Of a DNA stretch of 64,000 bases, positions 11,511 to 21,443 are shown piece by piece. Numbering within the stretch: the first letter of the stretch is position 1; the number at the start of each line of letters is the position of its first letter. Source of the DNA: Deltaproteobacteria bacterium (GTDB taxonomy: Bacteria > Desulfobacterota > GWC2-55-46); NCBI GenBank assembly GCA_015075075.1, contig JABTVA010000003.1:38619-102618 (forward strand), read 5' to 3'. Position numbers and translations under genes: made by a program. Under the pieces are notes generated by a model. It was not told the DNA's origin. It saw nothing but the letters and a program-made list of their open reading frames with translations, and ran no database searches.

Positions 11511-11545
11511 AATTAAAACCCCTCCCCTGCCCGGGCGGGGAGGGA
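11511..11545 (-). terminator. Rho-independent terminator of the cold-shock gene
   Basis: On the minus strand: CCCTCCCCGCCCGGGCAGGGGAGGG hairpin followed by TTTTAATTT, about 50 nt after the stop. Confidence 0.6.
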
Positions 11546-11595
11546 GTGCAATTCAGAAACAAAGCCGTCCGCGGTTCAGACCGGCAGGGCCGGCC

Positions 11596-11799
11596 TTAAG
11601 CCACTTTCATTACGTTCGACGCCTGAGGCCCCTTGGGACCCTGGGTTATCTCGAATTCAACCTCTTCGCCTTCCTTAAGGGTCTTGAAACCCTCGCCGGT
11701 GATGGCCGTATAGTGCACGAATACGTCCTCGCCGGACTCCTGCTGGATGAACCCGAAACCCTTGGTGTCGTTGAACCACTTCACTCTGCCTCTTGCCAT
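11596..11799 (-). CDS. Cold-shock protein (CspA family)
   Basis: [33 protein letters not shown] (RNP1/RNP2 motifs). GGAGG RBS 7 nt upstream of ATG 11799. The longer ORF to 11910 is rejected. Confidence 0.92.
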   Translation of the reverse strand: MARGRVKWFNDTKGFGFIQQESGEDVFVHYTAITGEGFKTLKEGEEVEFEITQGPKGPQASNVMKVA

Positions 11800-11925
11800 T
11801 ACAGTGCCTCCTTGTTTTTCTGGTACCCTCTTGCAGCATAAAAAAACCGCGGAGTTACTGAGTCCCTCCACGGCCTGACTGGCAATAACCCCATCTGCAA
11901 AGAATCCCATGTATAATTTGACGCA

Positions 11926-11954
11926 ATACTACCAATATAAATTTTTGGTGTCAA
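11926..11954 (-). promoter_or_regulatory. Sigma70 promoter candidate for the cold-shock gene, leaving a ~115-nt 5' UTR
   Basis: Minus strand TTGACA (11949-11954), 17 nt, TAGTAT (11926-11931). Long leaders are typical of csp genes. Confidence 0.5.
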
Positions 11955-12033
11955 GGACTTTTTTATTAAAACTAAACTTTTAATTTTGCTGCCTTTTTCT
12001 GAGTATAGCACGGAAATGGGCCAAAGCCCGGCT

Positions 12034-12942
12034 TCACTCCGCAATTTCAGAAAGGCCCACTATCTCGACGCCTTCGAGCCCCGGGATGGCCTCTTTGAGC
12101 GCCCTTATGGTCTCGGGATAGGGATGTCCTATGGCGACAGCCTTGCCGCTCTTCCTCGCTATGCGGGCCGCTTCCATGAGCTGGCCCTTTATGTAGTCCA
12201 CGTCCCTCGTATTGTCCAGAAAGACGTTCCTTTCCGCGCTCCTTACCTTGAGTTTGCGCGCGAGAGAGCCTCCGACGGTCTCGGACGAGGTGCGGCTGTC
12301 GAGGAAGAGGAGCCCCCTCTCCCTGACGTCCTTCAGGACGATACTCATCTTCTCGGGGTCTTCGGTGAACCTCGAGCCCATGTGGTTATTGAGACCTATC
12401 GCGCCCGGCACGGACTTGAAGCCCTCATCCAGCAGGTGGGCTATTTCCTCGTCGGTCATGGCGACCAGGAGGGCGCCGTTCCCGGGGTTGTGCCCTTCCG
12501 TGTTCTTGGGCTCCATTGGCATGTGCACTATTACGTCAAGGCCGCCCGAGGCCGCCTCCCTGGACACCTCTTTCGAGAACCGCATCTTCGGCATCACGGC
12601 GATGGTGACGGGCTTATCGAGCGCAAGGAGCTCGCGGAGCTTATTGATGTCCGGGCCCATGTCGTCGATGACGACGGCAAGCCTGGGTAGCTTCGGAGGG
12701 GTTATCGCCTTCCCCGGCGCTGGCTCATCTTCTATAATGGGCGGAGGCGCTTCATACGGAGCTGGCCCCCTCTCGGGCTCGACCCTTGCAGGCGGGGGGA
12801 CGCTCACCCTGGGCCTCTCCGGAGGGGTCCTCTCGAAACCCATGTACTTGAGCCCCAGGACGGCGATGAGGGCGCCCGCTATAAACCCGAGCGCTATGAG
12901 CGCCAGGGTATAGCCCCCGGTCTTTCTCCTTTTCTTTCCCAT
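12034..12942 (-). CDS. Divergent polysaccharide deacetylase family protein (YibQ-like)
   Basis: N-terminal TM segment, Pro-rich linker, then LAVVIDDMG..VTIAVMP..HMPMEP..NHMGSRFT..LFLDSRTS. Confidence 0.8.
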   Translation of the reverse strand: MGKKRRKTGGYTLALIALGFIAGALIAVLGLKYMGFERTPPERPRVSVPPPARVEPERGPAPYEAPPPIIEDEPAPGKAITPPKLPRLAVVIDDMGPDINKLRELLALDKPVTIAVMPKMRFSKEVSREAASGGLDVIVHMPMEPKNTEGHNPGNGALLVAMTDEEIAHLLDEGFKSVPGAIGLNNHMGSRFTEDPEKMSIVLKDVRERGLLFLDSRTSSETVGGSLARKLKVRSAERNVFLDNTRDVDYIKGQLMEAARIARKSGKAVAIGHPYPETIRALKEAIPGLEGVEIVGLSEIAE

Positions 12943-13009
12943 TCAGGCCGCCTCCATAAGGCAAAGGCCCCTATCGGGGCCTTTGCCTTCATGCCTTCTA
13001 TCCAGGATT

Positions 13010-14332
13010 TCAGCTCGCCTTCGCAGTGGCCTTCTGCTGCATCTGCTTCTTAAGGTACTCGACCGCTTCCTTGAGCTGCATGTCCTCGGGCTCTTCGCCC
13101 GGCTTGGACGGCTCAGCCGGGGCCGCCTTTATCTTCTCTATTTCCGGCTTCTCGCCCTTTTCCTCTACGGCCGGCCCCTCGGGCGCGAGATGGCCCTCGA
13201 GGTCAGCTTCCTTGATATGCCCTTTCGGGGCCTCGCCAACCACTATGTCCGGCTCGATGCCCTTGGCCTGTATGGACCTGCCCGACGGCGTGTAATACTT
13301 GGAGGTCGTAAGCCTGACGGCCGAGCCGTCCGAGAGCGGGATTATGGTCTGGACAGAGCCCTTGCCGAAGGTGGCAACACCCATGACGACCGCCCTCTTG
13401 TGGTCCTGGAGGGCCCCGGCGACTATCTCGGAGGCCGAAGCGCTCCCGTTATTCACGAGCACTACCATCGGATAGTCCGGCTGGCTCCGTGCCTTGTCCG
13501 CGTTGAAGCTCATGTTCTGCCCGGGCGCCCTGCCCTTCGTATAGACTATGAGGCCGGAGTCGAGGAACTCGTTAGATACCGAGACCGCCTCCTGGAGGAG
13601 CCCTCCGGGGTTGTTCCTCAAATCCAGCACCAGCCCGGCAAGTCCGCCGTTAGTCTTGGAGGAGAGGTCCTTTAACGCCTTGTCGAGGTCCTCGGAGGTG
13701 CGCTCCTGGAACTGGTTTACCTTTACGTAGCCGATGCCTCCCTCGAGCATCCTGTATTTGACGCTTTTGACCTTTATGATGGCCCTGACGATCGTGAACG
13801 GCTTGGGCTCGTCGAAGCCTTCCCTCATTATGTGGATGGTCACCGGGGTCCCCTTGGGCCCCCTCATGAGCCCTATCGCGTCCTGAAGGCTCAAGTCCTT
13901 GGTGTGCTTGTCCCCTATCTTCACGATCCTGTCGCCCGCGAGGATGCCTGCCGTGAAGGCCGGCGTGTCCTCTATGGGGGCGACTACCGTAAGGGCGTTG
14001 TCCCGCATGCCTATCTCGATGCCGAGGCCGCCGAAGCTCCCCCTGGTGTCGACCTGCATCTCCTTGTACTCTTCGGGGGTCATGAAGCTCGAATGAGGGT
14101 CGAGCCCCTTGACCATGCCCTTTATGGAGTTGTAGATGACGTCTTTCGAGTCGATGTCCTCGGCATAGCTCTCCTGCACGATGCCCAGGACGTCGGTATA
14201 GAGCTTCAGGGTCTCGTAGGTGCCGTCCGGCACCGAAGCCGACTTCTGCACCCCCCAGGACGAGAATGAGAAGACCGCTATTATGGCCAAGGCCCCGGCC
14301 AGGAGCCTGGGGTCGAATATCTTCCTCATCAA
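13010..14332 (-). CDS. ctpA: Carboxy-terminal processing protease (S41, PDZ-containing)
   Basis: GLGIEIG..PIEDTPAFTAGILAGDRIVKI (PDZ); LDLRNNPGGLL..LVNNGSASASEIVAGALQD..GVATFGKGSVQ (catalytic Ser/Lys region). Confidence 0.9.
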   Translation of the reverse strand: MMRKIFDPRLLAGALAIIAVFSFSSWGVQKSASVPDGTYETLKLYTDVLGIVQESYAEDIDSKDVIYNSIKGMVKGLDPHSSFMTPEEYKEMQVDTRGSFGGLGIEIGMRDNALTVVAPIEDTPAFTAGILAGDRIVKIGDKHTKDLSLQDAIGLMRGPKGTPVTIHIMREGFDEPKPFTIVRAIIKVKSVKYRMLEGGIGYVKVNQFQERTSEDLDKALKDLSSKTNGGLAGLVLDLRNNPGGLLQEAVSVSNEFLDSGLIVYTKGRAPGQNMSFNADKARSQPDYPMVVLVNNGSASASEIVAGALQDHKRAVVMGVATFGKGSVQTIIPLSDGSAVRLTTSKYYTPSGRSIQAKGIEPDIVVGEAPKGHIKEADLEGHLAPEGPAVEEKGEKPEIEKIKAAPAEPSKPGEEPEDMQLKEAVEYLKKQMQQKATAKAS

Positions 14333-14435
14333 AATATTTTCCTCCTTTTCTGCGCTATGAAAGCCGAAACTGGCCGCAGTTCCAACATTATATCAAATGA
14401 TTAGCCGTCCTTAAAACACAAAAATCACATTTTTT

Positions 14436-15577
14436 TCACCGCGTTGAAAGCCAGGCCATCGGGTCCCTGGGGACCCCCTTCTGCCGTATCTCGAAATAAA
14501 GTCCGGGCCTGCCTTCAGGGCCGGAATCTCCTATCAGGCCGACCTCGGCCCCGGATTCGACCTCGTCCCCGGTATCCTTCAGGACCTTGCCGAGATGCGC
14601 GTAAAGGGTATAGAAGCCGCCTTTGTGGTCTATTATCATAACCTGCCCGTAGCCCTTGAGCCACCCGACATAAATCACCTTCCCGGCGTATACGTTCTTT
14701 ACCGGCTGCCCGAGCGGAGACTCTATGGTGATGCCGATATTGAAGGTTACCGTATTGACCTTCGGGTGCCTTACCTTGCTGTAGAACGGACGACCTTTCC
14801 GTTTACCGGCATGGCAGCCTCCCTTCATCAGAAGGGAAACGGCGTCCGACGGCGGCGCTTCGTCTTCAGCGGCCTTGAGCCTGTCTCCAGAGCTTGAAGC
14901 TCCGCAGCGGCCTCTTCGAGCTCGCCCATGCGCGCGCTCGCCTCGCCTTCTCTGCTGACGCCGGAAAGGAGCGCAGGCTTTTTCTCTGGATGGCTCGGCC
15001 TCCTTCTGCCTTTGAGAGGGCCTCTCTGGCTTTGCGCGAGCTCCGCGAGGAGCCGGCGTTCTTCTTCTCGGCCTCAAGGCTCACTATGGTCGTCGAGAAG
15101 TCACTTCTGAGCTCGGCGTCCATGTCCATCAGCATCGTGAGGTAGCTTGTGGCGCTTCCTTGAGGTTCCCGGCGTCTGACGAGAAGAGGACCTCCATCGC
15201 CTCGCGCTTTTCATCCTGTACATGGCCTGAGCCTTGCCTCGAGCTGTCCGCGAGCTTCCTTTTCCGCGCCTCGAGCCTCTCTATCTCGGCACCGACTTTC
15301 GCCGACTCCTTCCTTATCTTCTGGACCGAGGCCCTTACGGCCCTTAGCTCTTCCCTCTTGGCCTCGAGGTCCTTGCTTATCACCTCGAGCTCGCCGAGTA
15401 TGCCCGTCTCCTTCTCCACGGCCTCGGCAATCCCCTTCCTGTTCTCCCTTATCTGCCGCTTACGTCCTCCAGGCTTTTTCTTTTGGCTCCTGCTCTTGCG
15501 CTCTTCTCGGCGGCAAGGGCATTGCCCCAGCACGCCGCGATAAGGATCGGCAGGAGCGCAAGGGCCAGCCGCCTCAT
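14436..15577 (-). pseudogene. envC: EnvC-like murein hydrolase activator (coiled coil plus M23/LytM domain), frameshifted
   Basis: The M23 domain is intact (GKVIYVGWLKGYGQVMIIDHKGGFYTLYAHL..GLIGDSG). The coiled-coil part is in ORFs 14866-15135 and 15129-15533. Signal peptide MRRLALALLPILIAAC starts at ATG 15577, which overlaps the ftsX stop (ATGA). Confidence 0.75.
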
Positions 15578-15885
15578 ACCTTGAGGAACCTGTTCATGGA
15601 GATGAGGCTCCCGGCCACACCCATTACGACGCCCGATGCGGCGAGCACGATGATAAAGAGCGGGACCGGGTAGGGCATCTCAAGGGCGAACCGCAGGTAC
15701 GGAGGGACCTGGCCCATTATCGCGGCCCTGCCGGCAGCCAGTATGCCCATCGCGAGAAGGCCGCCGAGAACGCCCTGGATGACCCCTCTATTATGAAGGG
15801 CGCCTTCGTACGTGTCCGAGGGCGCCGACGAGCTTCATTATCTCAATCTCGTCCCGGCGCGCGTAGACCGCGACCTTATCGTATT
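15574..15885 (-). pseudogene. ftsX: ftsX 3' fragment (C-terminal ~100 codons only, one internal frameshift)
   Basis: Manual translation gives DKVAVYARRDEIEIMKLVGA, then (shift) SDTYEGALHNRGVIQGVLGGLLAMGILAAG..MGVAGSLISMNRFLKV-stop. No sequence for the N-terminal two thirds or for ftsE. Confidence 0.65.
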
Positions 15886-15890
15886 AGAGA

Positions 15891-17243
15891 TTATGAAGAG
15901 GTAATGCGCTGCGAGAAAGTCCGGATGACAGGCGGGTCCTCGGACTCTATGATCTTCCTGACCTTCTCCTTGATGTACTCGACGGCGACCGCCTCGCCGC
16001 CGTCCCCGGCTATGCCGTTGGAGAAGAAGTACTTCAATTCGAATATGCCCCTGGGGGTCTGGACGTACTTGTTCGAGGTGACCCTGCTCACCGTGGACTC
16101 GTGCATCCCTATCTCCACGGCCACGTCCTTCAGGACCAGGGGCTTAAGGTGCTTCAAGCCCTTGTCCAGGAACTCCCTCTGGAACTTCACTATGCACTCG
16201 ACCACCTTGTAGATGGTGCGCTGCCTCTGGTGGACGCTTTTTATGAGCCACATCGCGCTCCTGAGCTTGTCCTGTATGTACCCCTTGGCCTGGTCCGCCG
16301 AGGCCCCGCCGGCCTTAAGGAGTTCCCTGTAGTACGGGCTTATCTTGAGCTTCGGCATCCCGTCTTCGTTGAGCGATATGACGTACTCGTCCCCGACCTT
16401 GTGTATGTATATGTCCGGCAAGACCGCCCTGGACTCGTTCTCCCCGAAGCCCGAGCCTGGCATGGGGTTCAGGCACCTGCTTATGGTCCTTGCGGCCTCG
16501 AACACTTCCTCGACCTCCACCCCGAGCGCCTTTGCAATGGCCTTGAAGTTCTTTTTCGCGAGCTTGTCGAGATGGCCCGAGATGACCTCCTCCATGACGG
16601 TATCGCGGACCGGCAGGCTCCTGGCCTGAATAATGAGGCACTCCCTCAGGGTGCGCGAGCCTGCCCCGAGGGGGTCGAACTGCTGAATCGTCGCGAGCAC
16701 CCGGGAGGCGTCCTCAACGGGGGCCCCAGCAACCCTTGCGACCTCGGCGATAGTCGCGGCCTCGTACTCGTCGTCTTGCATCTGGCCGCGCTCGACGACC
16801 CTCAAATACCCGTCCTCGTCGATATTCCCTATAATGAACTCGCCTATCGCGAAATCAGTTTCCGGAAGCCCCAGCATCCTCAACTGCCACAAGAGGTGCT
16901 CGGAGAGGCTTCCGCCCGCCTCGGAGAGGTTCGAGACAAAGTCGTCCTCCTCGTCGCGTTCGCTGAAGTCAATGCCCCCGGACCTGTACTGGCTCTGCTC
17001 CTCTATATAGGCCTCCCAGTCCATCTCAGGCTTCTCGGGCTTTTCCGGCGGCGCTTCCTGCCCCCCGGCCTCCACCTCGGGGCCGGAAAGGTCCTCGAGG
17101 ACCGGGTTCGTCTCGACCTCCTCGCGCACCATCTCGACGAGCTCGAGCCTCGATAGCTGCAGAAGCTTAATCGCAAGCTGCAGCTGCGGGGTCATGACGA
17201 GGTTCTGTGTGAGCTTGAGCTCCTGTTTGAGTTCGTAAGCCAT
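15891..17243 (-). CDS. rpoN: RNA polymerase sigma-54 factor, apparently lacking the C-terminal RpoN box
   Basis: MAYELKQELKLTQNLVMTPQLQLAIKLLQLSRLEL (region I) and the core-binding and DNA-binding regions are present. The ORF ends ..ESEDPPVIRTFSQRITSS, before the expected ARRTVAKYR motif. Confidence 0.85.
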   Translation of the reverse strand: MAYELKQELKLTQNLVMTPQLQLAIKLLQLSRLELVEMVREEVETNPVLEDLSGPEVEAGGQEAPPEKPEKPEMDWEAYIEEQSQYRSGGIDFSERDEEDDFVSNLSEAGGSLSEHLLWQLRMLGLPETDFAIGEFIIGNIDEDGYLRVVERGQMQDDEYEAATIAEVARVAGAPVEDASRVLATIQQFDPLGAGSRTLRECLIIQARSLPVRDTVMEEVISGHLDKLAKKNFKAIAKALGVEVEEVFEAARTISRCLNPMPGSGFGENESRAVLPDIYIHKVGDEYVISLNEDGMPKLKISPYYRELLKAGGASADQAKGYIQDKLRSAMWLIKSVHQRQRTIYKVVECIVKFQREFLDKGLKHLKPLVLKDVAVEIGMHESTVSRVTSNKYVQTPRGIFELKYFFSNGIAGDGGEAVAVEYIKEKVRKIIESEDPPVIRTFSQRITSS

Positions 17244-17306
17244 TGGTGCGGGCCAGACCTCTCGAAGATGGTTTTTTTAGCAGACTGCCGAAAAAACTTT
17301 TTATCT

Positions 17307-17390
17307 GTCATTCTGAGCGCAGCGAAGAATCCCGGAGCTGAGCATAACGGAACACGAGATTCTTCGTCGCCTTCGGCTCCTAAGAATGAC
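17307..17390. repeat. Family-B hairpin repeat
   Basis: GTCATTCTGAGCGCAGCGAAGAATC ... GATTCTTCGTCGCCTTCGGCTCCTAAGAATGAC. Confidence 0.7.
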
Positions 17391-17407
17391 TTTTTTTACG
17401 ACTAACG

Positions 17408-17547
17408 GCAACCTCTAAAAATTAGAGATTTTTCCCGCAATCAAGGAAGGGCGGGAATAAAAAGCGGAGCATATATGTGAATATGTGAGCATTTTTATTC
17501 CCGCCCTGACGCAGAGTCCGGGGAAAATAGCAATTTTTAGAGGTTGC
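17408..17547. repeat. Family-A inverted-repeat element (full copy, 140 bp)
   Basis: Terminal inverted repeats GCAACCTCTAAAAATTAGAG / CAATTTTTAGAGGTTGC; inner palindrome GGGAATAAAAAGC..GCATTTTTATTCCC. Abuts the comA stop. Confidence 0.8.
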
Positions 17548-18387
17548 CTAAGGCTTGTATGTGACCACCCTCCCCCAAACGTCCTTCGTGCCCCATATGC
17601 CGGAGCGGAGGCTTTCGAGGAGCACTATCTGGCTGTGGTCCACGAAGAGGTTCACCTCCGGGCCGTAGTTCTTTACGTACCATGTGAAGACCTCGGGGTC
17701 GGCGGCCTCGAACATGACCCGGTCTAGCCCCAGCTCCCTGATGAACCCGCTTATCACGTCCGTCCGCCAGCTCGATACGCCTTCGGTTATGCCCTCGGAT
17801 TCGACCATTATCATCGAAGCTCCCGCGTCAAGGTGCCTCTTCGCCTGCTGGATGGCCCAACCGGGGTCCTGGACGCCTTCGGAGGCAAGCTCCCTCGGGG
17901 GGCTGCCCCCTCCGGCCCCGAACTGTATCCCGACCTCGGCCTTGGCCCTCAGGCCCGCGGCTACTATCTTCGAGGTCAGCCTTACCATGTCGTCCGCAGG
18001 GACGGAAATGAAACCCTTCGAGACCTCGATTATGTCGAACTCGAAGTCCTTGCACTCTTCAATGTATTTATCGACCGCGTCCGCGCCCCTCGTCAACACA
18101 TGCTCGATGAAGCCGCCGGTATCGACCTCCACGCCATAGGCGTGCGCAAGGTCGATGATGTCGCGGAGCGCCTCCGCCGGCATGAGGGAGAATGAGCCGC
18201 CGGCGAACTTCAATATGTCGACGTATTCGCCGAAGGTCTCGAATATGTCCTCGAGCTGCCTCTTGCCGACGGGCGTATAATAGGGGCCTCGTATTTCGGT
18301 AACTCCCCTCTGCCTGGGCTTGGCATCCCGCCTGTTAAGCCCCAGGAATGAAAAGGCGCGTCCCTCTTTCCCGGAAATCTCATCCAT
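17548..18387 (-). CDS. comA: Phosphosulfolactate synthase (ComA family)
   Basis: 279 aa: KPRQRGVTEIRGPYY..YVDILKFAGGSFSLMP..AHAYGVEVDTGGFIE, typical of the ComA/YitD family. Confidence 0.8.
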   Translation of the reverse strand: MDEISGKEGRAFSFLGLNRRDAKPRQRGVTEIRGPYYTPVGKRQLEDIFETFGEYVDILKFAGGSFSLMPAEALRDIIDLAHAYGVEVDTGGFIEHVLTRGADAVDKYIEECKDFEFDIIEVSKGFISVPADDMVRLTSKIVAAGLRAKAEVGIQFGAGGGSPPRELASEGVQDPGWAIQQAKRHLDAGASMIMVESEGITEGVSSWRTDVISGFIRELGLDRVMFEAADPEVFTWYVKNYGPEVNLFVDHSQIVLLESLRSGIWGTKDVWGRVVTYKP

Positions 18388-18476
18388 GACGGCCTCCCCG
18401 GTCGAGATTCATTAAGGATGAAACGGCCCTCCTCACGAAAACCCTGAAAACCGCAAAACGCAGGCCCGGCGCGGAA

Positions 18477-21218
18477 TCAGGCCCCGTGCCTTCCATGCCG
18501 GACCCCGGTCGTCCTCTGGCTGTTCCTGTCTATCAGGAATTTTTCCAGTTCCACGAGGACGAAGACCGTAAACGCGACCGCCGCTATCCTCAGCCAGTCC
18601 GACGCACTGATATCGGCCGTACCGAAGAGCGCCTGCAAGAACGGAACGTATGTGAACAGGAGCTGGAAGAAAACGACCAGGGCTATCGCGACAAGGGCGT
18701 ACCTGTTGCCGAAGAGCCCTTCGAGGGACACCACGGACCTCCTCAGGTACCTCGTGTTCATGAGATAGAAGACCTCGAACATGACGAGCGTATTCACGGC
18801 CACCGTCCTGGCCTCCTCTATCGGAGTGCCGTTCGTCTTCTCCCAGACGAAGAGCCCGAAAGTACCGATGATGATGATGCCCGAAACGAAAAGTATCCTC
18901 CAGATGAGAAAGGCAGAGAGTATCGGCTCCTTTGGGTCCCTCGGTGGACGCCTCATGATGTCCGCCTCGGGCGGCTCGAAGGCGAGCGATAGGGCCAGGG
19001 TCACGGCGGTTATCATGTTCACCCAAAGTATCTGGACAGGGGTTATGGGGAGCATCATCCCGGAGAATATGGCGGCAAGTATTATGCCCGCCTCGCCCCC
19101 GTTCGTGGGTAGTATGAACGTTATCGACTTTATTATGTTGTCGTAGACGGTCCTTCCCTCCTCGACCGCGTTCGAGATCGAGGCGAAGTTGTCGTCTGCA
19201 AGGACCATCTCCGAGGACTCCTTCGCGACCTCGGTACCCTTTATGCCCATAGCCACTCCTACGTCGGCCCTCTTGAGGGCCGGGGCGTCGTTTACGCCGT
19301 CGCCTGTCATGGCCGCTATCTCGCCGTTGTCCTGAAGCGCCTCGACGAGCTTCAGCTTGTGCTCCGGGCTTACGCGCGCGAAGACGTCGCAGTCGATAAC
19401 GGCCTCTTTCAGGCTGGCCGCGTCCATGGACTCGACCTCCTCGCCCGTTACGGCCTGCTTGTTCTCGCCTATGCCGATGGCAGCGCCTATGGCCCGGGCG
19501 GTGAGGGCGTGGTCGCCGGTTATCATCTTAACGCGTATCCCGGCGGACTTGCATAGCGCCACGGCGCTTATGGCCTCGGCCCTGGGCGGGTCGATTATGC
19601 CGAACATCCCGAGGAGCGTAAGGCCGCCTTCCACGTCTGAAAAGGAAAGCTCGCGCATCTCAGTCGATACCGGCTTGCAAGCGACCGCGATAAGCCTCTG
19701 CCCCTGGCTCGCGGTCTCAGTCACCTTGCCGTGCCACCAGGATGCATTAAGTGGCTCTTCGCCCCCTCCTGAAGTCCTCTGGCTGCCGCACATCCTCAAG
19801 ACCCGTTCAGGCGCGCCCTTTAGAAATACGAAGGCGTGCCCCTCGTGGTCGTGGTTGAGGGTCGCCATGAACCGGTGCTCGGACTCAAACGGTATCGCGT
19901 CCTCCCTCGGTAGCATCTCGTTAAGGAGCGCGTGTTCCAGCCCGGCCTTGAGCGCGACCGTTACAAGCGCGCCCTCGGTAGGGTCGCCTTGTACCCGCCA
20001 CCCCTCCTCGTCCTTGCCGAGGCTTGCGTCGTTACAGAGGAGGCCCGCCTTCACAACTTCCATGAGCACGGGGTGCTCCTCGGGGACCACGTCCCTGCCG
20101 TCGAGGAGAAACCCTCCGTGCGGGTCGTAGCCCACGCCGCTCACGGCGAAGGTCTTGCCCGGGGTTATTACCGTCTGGACGGTCATCTCGTTCCGGGTAA
20201 GGGTGCCGGTCTTGTCCGAGCATATGACGGTCACGGAGCCGAGTGTTTCGACCGCCGGGAGGCGCCTTATTATCGCGTTCCGCCTCGCCATTCTCTGGAC
20301 GCCTATGGCGAGCGTTATCGTTATTATGGCTGGCAGCCCCTCGGGTATGGCCGCGACCGCGAGGCCTATGCCCGCGAGGAACATCTCTCCTGCCGAATAA
20401 TCCCTTACGAGTATGCCGAAGAAGAACGTCGCGGCGGCAAGGGCGATTATCGCGGCGGAGAGCCACCTTGCGAACTGGGCCATGCTGAGAAGGAGTCGCG
20501 TAGTAAGCGGCTCTACCTCCGAAAGGAGAGAGCTTATCCGTCCTATCTCGGTCGAATCGCCGGTCGCAACGACGACCCCGCTCGCCTGGCCGTAAGTGAC
20601 GAGCGTGCCGGAAAAGGCGAGCGAACTCCTGTCGCCGACCGTCGCGTGCTCCGGCGCGGGCTCGGTCCTCTTCTCGACCGGCACCGACTCGCCGGTGAGC
20701 GCCGCCTCGTCTATCCTCAGGCTCTTGATTGAAACCAGCCTCAAGTCCGCCGGCACCTTGTCCCCGGACTGAAGGTACACCATGTCGCCCGGGACGAGCT
20801 TCTCGGCGGGGACGGTCGTTTTCACGATGTCCCGGAGGACGAGGGCGTTTAGCGAGAGCATCTTCTTTATCGCGTCCAGGGCCTTCTCGGCCTTCCCCTC
20901 CTGTATGAACCCGATGAGCGCGTTCACGGGGACTACCCATGATGACCCCGGAGTCCACCCAGTGCTCAGGAGCGCTGTAACGACCGAAGCGATGAGGAGC
21001 ACGTAGATGAGGACGTTGTGGAACTGCGAGAAGAACCTGGCGAGCGGCCCCGCTTTCTGAGGGTGGGGCGGTTTGGGGCCGAACTCCTTGAGCCTCCGGG
21101 CCGCCTCCGGCGCGGTAATACCCTTTGGCCCTGAATCGAGCGCCTCCAAGGCCTCCTTTACGCCGAGCGAGTGCCATTTCACTTCAGTCAACCTCTCCTT
21201 CATCGAACCCCCCTGCAA
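18477..21218 (-). CDS. Cation-transporting P-type ATPase (type II, Ca/Mg-like)
   Basis: 913 aa: [14 protein letters not shown] phosphorylation site, [28 protein letters not shown], and 10 TM-like segments. A short segment near 20925-20985 looks doubly frameshifted (see findings). Confidence 0.9.
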   Translation of the reverse strand: MQGGSMKERLTEVKWHSLGVKEALEALDSGPKGITAPEAARRLKEFGPKPPHPQKAGPLARFFSQFHNVLIYVLLIASVVTALLSTGWTPGSSWVVPVNALIGFIQEGKAEKALDAIKKMLSLNALVLRDIVKTTVPAEKLVPGDMVYLQSGDKVPADLRLVSIKSLRIDEAALTGESVPVEKRTEPAPEHATVGDRSSLAFSGTLVTYGQASGVVVATGDSTEIGRISSLLSEVEPLTTRLLLSMAQFARWLSAAIIALAAATFFFGILVRDYSAGEMFLAGIGLAVAAIPEGLPAIITITLAIGVQRMARRNAIIRRLPAVETLGSVTVICSDKTGTLTRNEMTVQTVITPGKTFAVSGVGYDPHGGFLLDGRDVVPEEHPVLMEVVKAGLLCNDASLGKDEEGWRVQGDPTEGALVTVALKAGLEHALLNEMLPREDAIPFESEHRFMATLNHDHEGHAFVFLKGAPERVLRMCGSQRTSGGGEEPLNASWWHGKVTETASQGQRLIAVACKPVSTEMRELSFSDVEGGLTLLGMFGIIDPPRAEAISAVALCKSAGIRVKMITGDHALTARAIGAAIGIGENKQAVTGEEVESMDAASLKEAVIDCDVFARVSPEHKLKLVEALQDNGEIAAMTGDGVNDAPALKRADVGVAMGIKGTEVAKESSEMVLADDNFASISNAVEEGRTVYDNIIKSITFILPTNGGEAGIILAAIFSGMMLPITPVQILWVNMITAVTLALSLAFEPPEADIMRRPPRDPKEPILSAFLIWRILFVSGIIIIGTFGLFVWEKTNGTPIEEARTVAVNTLVMFEVFYLMNTRYLRRSVVSLEGLFGNRYALVAIALVVFFQLLFTYVPFLQALFGTADISASDWLRIAAVAFTVFVLVELEKFLIDRNSQRTTGVRHGRHGA

Positions 21219-21443
21219 AAAATCCGGGCCAGCCGGCCCGGAGGACTATTCATAGCTGCGTTCAATTACCTGCTACTTCCAAGGATGACAACAGAACTAC
21301 CGGTTTGATAAATCTATCAAAGTCTATCAGATTACAAAATAACATCAAATATGGACCCCCGGAAGCGGAATCGGGTTTTTACAACTTAGGACGCGGGCTT
21401 GAATTGATTTGGGCTTGAGTTATTTTTATGTTAAAAAAACCAT

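Noticed and set aside
20032-21177. 381-aa minus-strand ORF in an alternative frame of the P-type ATPase
   Set aside because: Arg-rich nonsense overall. The only meaningful stretch ([10 protein letters not shown]) is explained by a short compensated frameshift in the ATPase gene itself.
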